Assembly (NCBI GenBank): GCA_964016885.1
Contig: OZ024749.1
Coordinates: forward strand, 51,708,001 to 51,772,000
Reading direction: 5' to 3'
Source of the DNA: Eledone cirrhosa
Taxonomy: Eukaryota
Length of the DNA: 64,000 nucleotides
Made by a program: the position numbers and the translations under genes. The notes under the pieces are model-generated. The model ran no database searches. It was not told the DNA's origin and saw nothing but the letters and a program-made list of their open reading frames with translations. The stretch's first letter is position 1. Each line of letters starts with the position of its first letter. This document shows, in pieces, positions 40,758-55,625 of this stretch.

Positions 40758-41127
40758 ATTATTTCATTTATTTTAGTGTATTAGTTTGTTGTAGTAAGGT
40801 TAAGTTAATTATAAGTTAATTATGTTTTATTGATCAGTAGGTATTTAATGTCTAACGAGATATACATAATTACTAAATTTCAAATGTAATTTAGGCTGAC
40901 CTGCTCGTCGACATATTGTATGAATAATATATAATTTGTTAGGTTCTGAACAATGGGGTCAGAACAGAGGAAAGTAGGCCGAACATGAGAGTAGACTTAA
41001 CTTAATCAATAAATTGTCTTAATCGATAAATTGGGGGTGTAGAGTCTGTCACCCTCTCCCCTTCCACCTTTCTTTGCCTAATAGTCCTTGTTCTTTCCCT
41101 CCTTTTCCTCTCATTTATGGCATTTAT

Positions 41128-41295
41128 AGTGCTGCCTGCCACTGGTACCATGTAACCCCGTGCAACCTGCTTCATGGTCGAGTGGTCTACCACTGAACCG
41201 ACTCCCACACCAGACTATGGTCTGGTAAGGAGGTTAAGTGGCGTCCCAACAGTCCTCCAAAAACAAGAGCTGTAAAAAGGGCAGATGAATTCTTC
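41128..41295. mobile_element. Dispersed repeat fragment, possibly an RTE-type LINE 5' region
   Basis: ctgcctgccactggtaccatgtaacc...aacctgcttcatggtcgagtggtc matches the reverse complement of 58945-59072. Confidence 0.55.
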
Positions 41296-42508
41296 ATTAG
41301 AAATACGTTAAAAAAAACCTTAGAGTGAGTAAATCAGTTGACTTACACCAGACTTCTCTATATTTAAGTTATGAGTTTAAACCTAGAAACACAATCGATA
41401 TAATATGTACATATGTACTAGTGTCACTTCAACAGACTATACTTCATTTCTACAACCCCGTGACTTAATATAAATTTAAAAGACAATTTGGCCATAATTT
41501 TATTGGCCATTAATGTCTAAGTATTGAATCTTATATAAATATTATTGCTCACATCATTAAATATCATTTGAAGTATATTCTCAAAAGAATGCAAACAGCG
41601 ACTAAACAATACAGTGTACACTTCAACATTACGAGACAGCCATTTAATTTGATAAATAGTTATGTGTTAAACAGATTCAGAATATATTCTGTCAATTTGC
41701 AGTGGTTTTTAAAGAGTGTAATTCTCTACCTGTTTTGTCGGTGTTTGTAGGTCTTAAGCAATGATCTGATGTTTCAAACAAAAGTCTAATAACAATTCTA
41801 TTTACACTATTTTTTTTTTAAATGTATCAATGTTGTTTTATCTTTTGAGTATTATTATATAATTAAAAGGGCTTCTCTTCATAGCTGCGTTCTTGAAGTA
41901 TATACCGCTTCTTCAAAGAACATACCAATACAAACAGTAATTTTTATAACAACGTGTTATTATTCGTTTCACAAATGGCAAATATGAAAATAATAAACTG
42001 TATAGCAGTTAGATGCTTTGAAATATTTTCTTGTTTTCTTGTTTTATCGAACTTTTAAAATTTCATGTTTTATTGCTTCAACAAGCGGCAAAATGACTGA
42101 GTCGTTAGAATGTCGGCTAGAATCTTTTGGAATATTCGTTATGACTCTCTGCTTTCTGATATGTTGTATACACTAGTTTGAAAAATGTATTAATATTGTT
42201 TTATCTTTGAGTATTATTATATAATTAAAAGACCTTCTCATCATTGCGAATATACTTCAAATTATATCTAATGATATTCGCTTGATGTGAGCAATAATAT
42301 TTATAAAGATGAATATTTAGACATTAATAGCCAATAAGATTAACAATATATGTTTTATTCCAATAGTTAGATCATGTAATTGCAAGCTATACATATATAA
42401 CAGATATTCACCTCTTACATCCGTGTTACAAATATTTCATTCACAAAAATTACGCGTTTTTAGCCACACACATATGTACAACTGCATATAACTATAATAT
42501 ATATATAA

Positions 42509-42604
<96 letters not shown>

Positions 42605-42605
42605 T

Positions 42606-42751
<146 letters not shown>

Positions 42752-42763
42752 ATATACATATAC

Positions 42764-42794
<31 letters not shown>

Positions 42795-43390
42795 TATATA
42801 TATATATTATACATACATCATACATACAAACAATTGTAATACGTAATAAATTGTGTTCCGATGCATCACTGATTCTTCGTTTTCCATATATGTATATATA
42901 TATATGTATATATGTATATATATATATGTGTATATATATGTATATATATATATGTATATATATATATGTATATATATATATGTATACATATATATATATA
43001 TATGTATACATATATATATATATACATATACATATATATACATTTACAAGTTACGGTCTTCTTAGCATTTAGACGACGAAACGCAACTTTTAAAATGTCG
43101 AGATAAATAAAGGAAACCTCACCATTTTTTGAAAGATATATTTTGGGAAAACCTAATTATTGTTGTTATTTTAAACTAGCATGCATTTATTACATTTAAC
43201 AGAAACCTTTACAATCTAAATATTTGTGAAAATATAATGGACTACAGCAGGGAAAAAAAATTGCAAATTTTTTCATAGAAATATTACGAAGTTATGCCAT
43301 ATGCAATTATGCAATTACTCCATCTACAATTAAGAAGCCCCAGAGTGCTTTTTGGCGTTACCACTCAAGATTTTAAATGCAAATTAACGT

Positions 43391-43458
<68 letters not shown>

Positions 43459-43536
43459 GTGTGTGTGTGTGTATATATATATGATAACGTTGATATATAT
43501 TTATATATACGATAGTGTTAATACACACACATACAC

Positions 43537-43590
<54 letters not shown>

Positions 43591-43594
<4 letters not shown>

Positions 43595-43948
43595 TAAAAT
43601 ATAACTATTAATAAAATAGATGTTCTTTTGATCAATTACATTTTATTATACATATTTTGGATGTACAACAGTACGTCCTCATCAGACAAAATATAATGAT
43701 ACATGACATACCCTGAGATGTTAAATGGTTAAGATTTAATCAAATTAATATTTTGTCTGATTATGACGTACTGTTGTACATCCGAAATATGTATAATAAA
43801 ATGTAATTGATCAAAAGAACATCTATTTTATTAATACTTATATTTTAATATTAATAACTCCAGAAAATTATTTTTCTCGTTGAGTGCTTCCAATCTACTG
43901 TAAAACTCATTCTTTGACAAAATCATTGAATATTGTTTAACAATTTAA
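43591..43948. mobile_element. Penelope-like non-autonomous element with 104-bp inverted arms and tail, next to (TA)n
   Basis: 43591-43694 versus 43748-43851 differ at 4 positions. Spacer 53 nt; tail 43852-43948. Each arm holds an HHR motif. Confidence 0.85.
43640..43692 (-). ncRNA. Minimal type I hammerhead motif, G12A-mutated (second copy at 43750-43802 on + is mutated at G8)
   Basis: Consensus of the two arms: AUUUUGU-CUGAUGA-GGACGUAC(UGUU)GUACAUCC-GAAA-UAUGUAUA-AUAAAAU. Confidence 0.75.
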
Positions 43949-45322
43949 TATATACATATATTCTAAAAGTGTTCCTAGTTAATATTTATGGTTTTTGGTT
44001 CTATAATTGTGTCAATATACATTATTGTAAAATACATTAATATATTTTCCCTCCTCAAAATATTTCGATGCTTTAAAATATACCATATCCTATACAAACC
44101 ACCATTGTTTCCTTGGTTAATAGTTATCTATCTCTAGACAGATTTGAAGACACATTTGTCTTCAATAATGACACTAAGTAGGAATAGATGATACAGAATT
44201 ATATATGAACCACAAAAGTATCAGATACTGAACTGATTGTAAAGTATAACTTTACAATCTCTACGTTCTTAGTTCAAATCCCACCTAAGTCCACTTTGCT
44301 TTTTTTATTCTTTCTTTCCGGGTTGATAACGAAAGTATCAGCCCAGTGTTCTGGTGCAGCTCCCTTTCTCCCCCTTTTCCTTCCAGTTGTCACACCTTGG
44401 ATGTTCCGCTAGATCAAAGGAGAGAATGTTGAGAAGGTGACTGAGTCTGTTCTTGACTTGCATAAACACCCAAGACATTTAACGAAAGCATGTTACATAC
44501 ATCCACGTCATTCAGGGATTGTCAGTTACGGCTGTATTCTATTTTCATCAATCTATATAATATTCCACCAAATCATTTATGCTATATCACTACTATATCA
44601 ATATAGTTTATTCTTTATTATACTTAAGCAACTTTATTTCATCTTTCTTACAAAAGAAATATCTTTCATATATTTCTATTAGATGTTTTGAAATGATGAA
44701 ACTATAACCTCAATGAAGTAAAAACTGCTGAAAACTTGTAAATATTTGAGAGTTGAAGACACACGTTAGAAATAGAAACTTTGGTTATAGCCGAACAAAA
44801 TCCAGTTTCTATAATCATTTAAAATAGACGCTAAGTTTTCTTTATCAGTTACTGTAAAACCTAACTCAGATGAAACGAAAAATGCATGAATGATTTTCGT
44901 ACCTCCTAAACACAGCGAAGACATCGATAGGAAATATATTTGATATATTTGAATAGTTATTTCCCGTGGTTTGTCAGGAGGTCAGCTATACATATTATAT
45001 TTATATTATACACCAGGGAATACTGTTATATGTCTAGCTTATATATAATAAATAGACAATTTGTTATATTCAAAGTACTCTTATCCATAAAAGTAAGAAC
45101 ATTTTATATCCTTCTTACTTACTGATGTGGCATTCTAATATTTCACAGCAGAAATAGTCATAAAATAATTCTTTTCATTGGGATAATATATTTTCGTCCT
45201 TGTATTAATACTTACTTTTTTTAATGACCATCTTAAAACTAAATATTTGTATTGATTTACATTTGATTTACAACTATTGATTTCTATTTTTTTTTCACAC
45301 TCATTATTTTATTGAAAGGTTA

Positions 45323-45537
45323 GAGCGGTGGGTTGCCAGTATTGATAGAGTCTCGGACAATATACTTTGCGGCATAGAGTTTCGGCTCTTTACGTTCTGA
45401 TTTCAAATCCCACCGAGGTTAGCTTTGTTTTTCAGCCTTATGGGGTCGATAAAATAAAGTATCAGTAATGAAATGGGGACGATTTAATCTACTTTAAACC
45501 CCCCAAAATTGTCGGCCTTGTGCCTAAATCAGAAACT
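45323..45537 (+). mobile_element. Family A long SINE, full length
   Basis: gcggtgggttgccagtattgatagag...ttcaaatcccaccgagg...ggggtcgataaaataaag...ggccttgtgcctaaatcagaaac. Confidence 0.9.
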
Positions 45538-46082
45538 TTCTAATTTACTTTAATATGTTTAAAACTTTTAAGTTATTTTACTGTTTGTTTTTTATTTCTG
45601 TTAAATGTTTAAATGTTATTTCGTTATTTGTTTCCTTTTCATATTTCACGATTTTATAAGTTTCGATGTTTCTTTAAAGGACACATCAGTTAATGTAGTC
45701 GTCCATTAAAAAAAGACGAGATAATATATATAATAATATGATAAGCTAATATGTATGATATACATGACATAAATATATGAGAAAAAAAACCTCGAAGACG
45801 TTGTTTCCCCTAACAGAAACAATTATTTTCAATAGAATGATCCATTTTGAAAAACACAATTGAAACAGATTTTTACAGCGTAAAACCCCGAGGGCAGCAA
45901 GATCACACAAACTAGAGCTAATCAAATATTGCCGCAAGACCTGAAGAAACCTAAATGTCACAATAAATGTTGAACTACTTCGTTTACGCACTTTTGACAT
46001 TAAGATGGCGTCTGAGTAGAGATTCTCTCAGCAATTTATTCTTTAATATACGCTAACTTCCATGCTGTATACAATATTGCTC

Positions 46083-46120
<38 letters not shown>

Positions 46121-46239
46121 ATGTGTGTGCCTGTGTGTATTTCACGATTGCTACTTCACATGGTACGCTCATGTATGTGCTTCACTGGGGAGATTTAATC
46201 AGATCAAAACACGTCTGAAATTGACTCCTTCTGTTCTAA

Positions 46240-46482
46240 GTCGAAGGCTCACCGGGCCAGTGCTTATCCCCGGTTTCATTAGCGTTAAGCGACTGAGAGT
46301 ACTAGATAATCCACCGGTCTAACTCCCCAGATACTACTGATACTCACTCTCAGCTGAGTGTACTGGACCAACGTGAAATAAAGTGTTTTATTCAAGAACA
46401 CAACACAGAAGCCAGTCCAAGAATCGAACTCCCAACATTACGGTCCTACATTATGTATCCTAACCATTAAGCTATGCACCTT
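46240..46482 (-). mobile_element. Family C SINE
   Basis: Reverse-complement B box gaatcgaactc and core caacgtgaaataaagtgttttattcaagaacacaa. Confidence 0.75.
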
Positions 46483-47124
46483 CTTCTTTCTGGAACAATT
46501 CAAATAACATTAGTCGTTCACTTTTATTGACTTTCTCTCATCACAGATTTGTTTCTAATTAGCTTTTTAATTCCTACTGCAGTAAATATGCCGTCTCTGA
46601 CTTGATTATTTGATCAAGCTAGAGGCTACAAATTAACTTTATGGCTTGAAGTGCCCGTACTTCTGTTAGCTTGTGTATAACTTGTGATTTTGATGTTGAA
46701 CTTTGGAGTAAACTCACAGAAGCTGGTAGCTTATTAACAAATATTTTATTCATGCTGTTATTAAATATAAACGAGATGTCTAACTAGATATTACATTTTC
46801 CTCATATTGTAAATTTCAAGAATACGCTTGAAGTTACTAAACTTTTTTTCTCCGAGCATCAAATTTCCCTATATAAACATAAAACCCCAGGTTTGTTAGG
46901 TGAAATGGTGTTTGAAAGATACCTTTTCAATTGCTACAAATTAGTATCTGAAGTTAGGCTTCATTTTTACGTGTCAGTGCTAACCATAATTTATAATTAA
47001 CGTATTGTTGATACTGAAAACGATTTGAAGGATACTGTGTTCTGTTAAAAGTATATAGTGTATATTCTGAGGTGTGTTGTTCAAAATAAGTGTATGACAG
47101 GACATATAATAAATCAAGTATTTC

Positions 47125-47385
47125 AAAGGTGTGGAGCCTAGTGATTGGGTTTTCGGACTTGCGATCATAATTTCGTAGGTTCGATTCCTGGATCAAGCGT
47201 TACGTTGCGTTCTTGAACAAAAATCACTTCATTTCCTATTGCCCCAGTACACTAAGCTTAAAATAAGAACCAGCAATGACTCGGGATTAACTTTGTAATC
47301 GACTGGCGTCCTGTCCAGTGTGTCTTGTAGTCTTAGTTGCTTAACGTAGATGAAATTGGAATGAGCCTCCGGGCCTGGGACAAGC
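47125..47385 (+). mobile_element. Family C SINE
   Basis: B box ggttcgattcc, core gcgttcttgaacaaaaatcacttcatttc, 3' part gactggcgtcctgtccag. Confidence 0.78.
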
Positions 47386-48110
47386 TTTAACTTTAATTTA
47401 GTGCTTTGAGATACTGTTACATAGTAAATTATCACCGATGGAGTGAATTATTGTTTGGCTCCAGATCAAACCTCACGAAACTCATGAAGCTACATATGAT
47501 CTATGATCAAAAGTGTTCAAGTTGATAATTGCCACTAGATAACTGTCCCGCCCCCTGCAAATTCCCATCTGAATAATTTCATTAATTAAAAGAAAGCACA
47601 AAGAAGGGGTTTGCGAATAAATACTAATAAATTTATTTAGGGTTCTATTTTTTTCACTCAGTCTATCCTTCTCTGGAAGAAGTCTGCTGTATTCAGACCT
47701 GGTGAGTTGAGGAGATGGACTCCGTCATGTTTTAAAATGCCCTAGAAACGCCGTACGTTAATACAGCGCCCCCACGACTAACTCAGGAGTTGCGGGATCT
47801 TGCATGTATATATACATCTGCTGAAATAAACTTTTAACATACGTATAAGTGTATAATATTTCAAATGATACATTGTTATTTTATGTGGAAGTTTTGACAG
47901 TAATTTTATTTGCAGGGTAAAAAGTGAAATAAGAATGATAGTGAATGTATGTGTGAAAATAAGATTTATAAAACATATATTCATGTTTAAAATTGGTATA
48001 TTTGATATAGATTAATTCATTTGGATATACTTGAGGTATGTTTTTTTTTAAATTGTAATATTTTATATCAAATCTATTGAAGCCAATTCTTTTCTTGAAA
48101 TAGAAATAAT

Positions 48111-48163
<53 letters not shown>

Positions 48164-48179
48164 TATATATAGGAATAAT

Positions 48180-48217
<38 letters not shown>

Positions 48218-48252
48218 ATATATAGAAATAATACAATATATATAGAAATAAT

Positions 48253-48321
<69 letters not shown>

Positions 48322-48852
48322 GTATGTATGTATGTATATATATGTATGTATGTATGTATATATATAAATGTATGTATGTAGATATGTATGTATATATATG
48401 TATGTATGTATATATGTATATATATATAATTAAGTGGGTTATATATAATGTGAGTGAGTGTATTTTTATTTATGTATATCAATTTTTGTATATGAATATG
48501 TGTGTGTATGTGTGCGTGGCTGTGTTTGCGTGTGTGTGTATGCATATGAGTATATGAAGCGTTGTGTATAGAAATATTTTTTAATCTATATGTATATATA
48601 TATGTATATATATATGTTTATATATACAATAACTATGTTTGTATGTGTGTCTGTATATATGTGTGTGTGTGTATATGAGTGGTGATATGTGTGTGAATAT
48701 GTGTCAGAATAAAAACGACATCTCGTGAATTATGAATGAAACAAGTTATTTTTCTCCTTCCGTTATGATAATAATACAATATTTATAATAAAAACGCACA
48801 GAATTAATTCGATTACACACACACTCACGAACATATATGTATATATATATAT

Positions 48853-48884
<32 letters not shown>

Positions 48885-48954
48885 CGCGTATAAATATATG
48901 AATATTTACGTATAAAAATGGTCTTTTATGTGAATGTGTATCTTTCTCTCTCGC

Positions 48955-49097
<143 letters not shown>

Positions 49098-50943
49098 CAA
49101 CGCATCTTTTAGCGTGCTTATGGGGTTGTATATTTGTATGTGAGTGTATATGTATGTTTGTGTATGTATTCCGCGTGTATGTGTATATGTGTTTGGGTGA
49201 AAATAAAAACGAATTGCTTCTTCGAATGAAAGAAGTTGTTACATCGTTGAGTAAAAAACCACAACTGAAAACATATGGTATGCCGTAAGCGACATATTGA
49301 GTGATTCTATGAAGACATAAGTATTTGAAGTATTATCCTTTCTGTTCTGTTTTTTTTTTAAATATATTTTACAGTTCAATCTTTCTTTATATAAATCCTA
49401 TGACTATACATTTTTGTAATGTTTAAGAGGTTAACATCCGGTGCAGCGTACCATTTGAATTTTTTCAAGTAGATTTATCTACAACAAATGTTTTTCAACA
49501 ACGATGGCCGCGCCTAGAATAATATCATTTAAATAAACAACGAACAAAAGGATAATAGAAATAAAAAGCAGCGTTAATCTTGTGTTAAATATTATTGCCC
49601 CTATATAAAGGATCTCAATTCACTCCTATTGTTCGAAATTCCTTAACTATATATATCATTTGCTGATACTAAACCTAACGCCAATTCGTCGTCATTTTGG
49701 CTGAGAATAAATATCAATAGTCTGTTCGAATGGATGAAAGGCAAAGCTGACCTCGACGGGATTTGAATTCAGAGAGCAGATAGACGAAACGAATACCGCA
49801 AATTATTCTATCCGACATTCTAACGACTTTGCTAATTTCTCGACTGAACTATATAATATATATTAGTTAAAACGACAAGGCAGTGGAAAATAAGTTTCCT
49901 ACGTCCAGCGAACTATTTCTAAATTGTGAGTTACATATATCTTGAAAAAATAATATTGTGTTTGACTCATGAAATCTCCAATCAACTTAAAAGATGATTG
50001 ATAGAAATAAAAATAAGATATAAAAAGGTTAACAAGGAAATTAAACGATAGGTTGCTTTGCAAGTATTGTTGAGAAATTTGTAAGTAAAATATATTTTTC
50101 TTTAGAAACATTCATTAATGTTACTACATACGTTGATTTATTGTTTAGTAGGAAAACTGTCAATCTATGAGACGAATTGTGTACGGAAATGAATGAGCTT
50201 CATCGTTTTACCATTTCTCAAGAGCAATTAGAAGCTTTTAGTGGATTGTCGTATTATTAGGGGGAATGGAACCTGATAAACTAAACTACTTGATGATGTA
50301 TCAAGTTTATAATCCCATTGCATGATACTGTTGTTACTGTTGTTGCTGTTGTTGCTGTTGTAGGACTGGTAATAATAATTGTTTCTACTTTTGGCACAAG
50401 GCCAGCAATTATCCAAGTGTATTACTGGTACTCTATTTTATTTACCTCGTAAGGATGAAAGGCAAAGTTAACCTCTACCAATACTTCCAATACACAATAA
50501 TAATAGTATATATATATATATATATATACATATATATAAATAATATATATATATATATTATATATATATACATATATATATATATATAATATATATATAT
50601 ATTATATAGTAATAGTAATATTATATATTATATAGTAATAGTTTCAGAAGATCCCGTTAAGGGTGAAAGCAGCGATTCTTTGCTTAAACTTTAATCTGTT
50701 ATTTTAATAAATATATATTATATATATTATATGTATATATATATTATATATATATTGTATATATACATATATATATTATATATATATATATTATATATAT
50801 ATATATATATTATATATATATATTATATATATATTATATATATATTATATATGTTGTATATATATATTATATATATATTATATATATATATTATATATAT
50901 ATTATATATGTATTATATATATATTATATATATATATATATAT

Positions 50944-50975
<32 letters not shown>

Positions 50976-51194
50976 ATATATTATATATATATATATATTA
51001 TATATATATATATATTATATATATATATATATAATATTAAGGATACTATTTATAGTTATATATATTTTAAACTATAAGCAGGGAAGGTCAGTAATTTATT
51101 TACCTTATTACCAGTAAGATAAATAGCTCAATGTAATAACAACAGTTGTTCTACAGAGCATTTAAATGCTTTGAACATAGCTTTGATTCTTGTG

Positions 51195-51646
<452 letters not shown>

Positions 51647-52024
51647 TGTGTGTGTAGACATACATTCCTTTTTTTTCTGTGTGTATTCACATATATTATA
51701 CGCTACGCATTCCTGTATGTGTATGTGTGTGTGTGTTTGACAGTGATGGTTTCTAAAATGGCGTTCAATTACTTAAAATATTGAGAACTTCTGATAAACA
51801 AAATGTAAGACACGACCAACAGAATACATACTATTGATTCTAGTGATTCGGCTTGTGAAATATTTTGTCAAAAACTATTTTTGAAAATGCATTTAATTAA
51901 TTTTCGGTTTCCACTCCTACACACAACCTGCTGCGTCATATTGCAGTGATGTTGAACAAAAAAAATGTTTCTGTATATTTCATTTCTCTGTAAACTTTCC
52001 TGGCATGATTCTGTTTGTTTCAAT

Positions 52025-52432
52025 CTAAAGTCTGTCTCGAAGCCTGGCGCTCATATGGCCTGTGCCTGTCCCAGTCTCTGTAGCGTGAAACAACTGAGAA
52101 TACATGACTTCCCCTGGACAGGAAACCAGTTCATCTCATGGTTAAAATCTGTCTCGAGCCCGGAGGTACATCAGGCCGGTGCTTATCTCTGTTTTCGCAA
52201 CGTGAAGCGACTGAGAGTACAAGACCCCCCCCCCCCTGGACATAAAGCCAGTCCATCGCAAGGTTAAATCCCCAGCTATTGCTGGTACTCATTTACTGCT
52301 GAATATACTGGAGCAACGTGAAATGAAGTGTTTTGCTCAAGAACACAACCCAGACCAGGAATACTAGGATCAAACTCATGACACTATGATCGTAAATCCA
52401 ACATCATTACCATTAAGCCTCACGCTCCCACG
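52025..52432 (-). mobile_element. Family C SINE with a duplicated 3' part
   Basis: gagcaacgtgaaatgaagtgttttgctcaagaacacaa. The segment tctgtctcga...gcgtgaa...ctgaga..aca.gac..cccctggaca occurs twice. Confidence 0.78.
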
Positions 52433-53166
52433 TTTGTTTCACTAATTGGAGGGTAATTATTAATATATTTTTTATTGAATTTCTACTAAATATATTTAAT
52501 GTTTAATGCATTTAATTTATCATGCGCTGTTAATCAGAATACTAATCTATGTTTCTGCTTATGGAGTTTACTAAGATTTAAAGTGTAATTATTAGAAGCT
52601 TATTATTATTTGTATTATTAATCCATAAATCAAAGAGTTGTTAGCATACGGGAAGATAAAATGTTAATTTTCTAATATAACATAAATAGCGGCAAAATGA
52701 TTAAAATTATTTTGCGCTCTACATTAGAGTAAAGATAAGAAATATGGAAGAAATTTTGCAGAAATGGTAATACATTTGACAAATATACGGAAAATAAAGT
52801 AATTTGTTCATATATTTAGATGTTATCAATATGAATGCGCAAAAAGTAACTATTAAATTTACACAAAAATAAACAACAAAACCTAACCTAATTTAGCATA
52901 TTGCTACCATTTCTAGTTTAAAAAATTAAATAAAAATAAATATCAAAAAAATAGTTGGTTCGTTGCTGTGTCACGCTTATGTATTTCGAAAGGTAGCAAT
53001 GGAAAGGTATACGGATCAGAGAAGAGAAGTTTGTATGTATGTATGTAGTACGCACTCGTAAATGACATACGGCGAGTTTTGGGCATTTTTTTAAAACCTG
53101 GTGGAGCCTGTCTTTTCTCCATGTTTGAACACAACCAATTTCTTACAGATAAGGAGAGAGATGAAA

Positions 53167-53208
<42 letters not shown>

Positions 53209-53745
53209 AGCATCGATCCTACTACTGGACTGGTACTTTTTTTTATCAACCACGAAAATATGGAAAGTAAAGTTTATTTCGGCAGGGTTTGAACTAAGAG
53301 AGAGCAAGAAGACGGCACGAACACCGTAAATCATTCTATGTTACTCTTCTAATGTCTCTGACAATTCACAGAATAAGGAGAAGTTTGGTGACAATTAAAG
53401 TATTTTAACACTGACTAGATCTAAGATAATTAAGAATGTAATGCTGAAGGCGTTGACACCACACACAGATATTAAAATTAATTTTTAATGAATATAATAA
53501 ATGAAACAAGCTCATACACTCACCCTCTCTCTCACACATACACACACAGACACACACAGACACACACATACACACAGACACACAGACACACACACATACA
53601 CACACATACACACATACACACACAGACACACACATACACACAGACACACAGACACACACACATACACACACATACACACAGACACACACACATACACACA
53701 CATACACACAGACACACACATACACACAGACACACAGACACACAG

Positions 53746-53778
<33 letters not shown>

Positions 53779-53791
53779 CACACACACACGC

Positions 53792-54073
53792 AGGTAAATT
53801 TTCAGAGTCGTTAGAACGTTGGATAGAATGCTTTGCAGAAATCGTCATAGCTCTTTGCTCTCTGAGTTCAAGTCCCACGAAGGTAAACTTTGCCTTTTAC
53901 TCTTTCGAAGTCTATAAAAAAAATACAAGTCAAGTGCGGAAATTGATTCTTCCTCTTTCTCACTTCCTTTCTCAGGTTTGATCAGACTTGGAGAGGGATG
54001 GGTTTCACCAGGTTTAAAATGCCCTAGACACGCCATATGTCACTACAGTACACCTACGACTCCATCAGGAGTT
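53792..54073 (+). mobile_element. SINE family B copy
   Basis: cagagtcgttagaacgttggatagaatgc...ctctgagttcaagtccc...aaaatgccctagacacgcc...cctacgactccatcaggagtt. Confidence 0.78.
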
Positions 54074-54138
54074 TTGGGCCCATATATAACTAATATATGT
54101 GATGGTGGGGGAATAATCCAGTTCATAAGATATTCCAA

Positions 54139-54308
54139 CCCAGAGGTAGACCCCAACCAAGATGGTTGGATAACATCCATGAGCTCGGATAGTCTCACTC
54201 GAGGGTCCAGCCTGATCATTTGGTCTTGACTGCTTCTGAAATGACCTTTTAGAAAATGTGACTCTGCCTCACCCCATGACCGTCTCAAGAAGAAGAACAA
54301 GAAGAAGG
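54139..54308 (+). mobile_element. 3' end of an RTE-clade LINE, decayed
   Basis: Translation PRGRPQPRWLDNIHELG*SHSRVQPDHLVLTASE matches the typical RTE ORF C-terminal RxRGRPxxRWxD motif. Followed by a (GAA)n-like tail. Confidence 0.75.
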
Positions 54309-54423
54309 TGGTAAAAATATCCTTCTTTCCATTTCTTTCTCCTTTTACTCTTTACTACAACGAATACATTTACTCTCTCTACTCTTTCTCCCACCTCTCG
54401 TCACTCTTTTTCCCTCACACACA

Positions 54424-54503
<80 letters not shown>

Positions 54504-54930
54504 CTCTCTTTCTCAAGGAAAAATAGAAAAAATATTACAAAATTAAGAGATGGATGTTTACTATTCTTCCTCAATCGGTTCCAATAACCATCAATTCATT
54601 ATTTACACTATTAATAGTGATACTAGAGAGGAGAAAAAACTCTTTTCGTCGTTTATATTGTGTTTTACTCAGATCTCTAACAAAAAATATAGAGAGACTG
54701 GAATACAATGTAATATGACTAATAGGAATTGACGAAGAGAGAGAGAGAGGGGGAGGGGAAGGGACAGAGAGAGGGTGGGGGGACAATAGGAATCAGTTAA
54801 GGAATTATAAAAAACGTACCAACATACTGTTATATTGTGAATATAATTAACAAATATGTGTGGGTATGTATAAGAAGTTTCGTACAATATAGATTAATTG
54901 CTAGTTTTACACACACATACACACACACAC

Positions 54931-54966
<36 letters not shown>

Positions 54967-54970
54967 CATG

Positions 54971-55013
<43 letters not shown>

Positions 55014-55099
55014 ATTATATATAATAGGTGTGTATATATATCATATATATACATATATATATATTATATTTTATATATATACATGTATATATATATTAT

Positions 55100-55175
<76 letters not shown>

Positions 55176-55183
<8 letters not shown>

Positions 55184-55625
55184 ATACTTTGGGAGGGTCA
55201 TGTTGCCAATAAGTAACATGTAAATAAACAAATAAATAAATGAACATAAACACACACAGACACCCGGATGTGGCGCATGCGCAGACTGAGCGCACAACAC
55301 ACACACAGAAACAAAATGGCGTAGGACAGAACAAAGGAGAGGCACAGAAACAAAGAAAGGAATCCCCAGTCACTGAAGAGGTCACAGAGTGTGTGACGAA
55401 AGAACTATGACAATATATAAACAACTATCTGGTTGTGGAACCAACCAACCAACCAGCCAACCAGAAATTTATAAATTTATTATAAATTTATTATAATAAT
55501 AAATTGAAGTGAAAGCAACTGGTGCATGTGTTTCTTATTGGCAACATGACCCTCCCAAAGTATAACAATATCGATTTCAACACACGATTTCAGATAAAGA
55601 ATCTTGCTAAACAAATTCAGAAACG

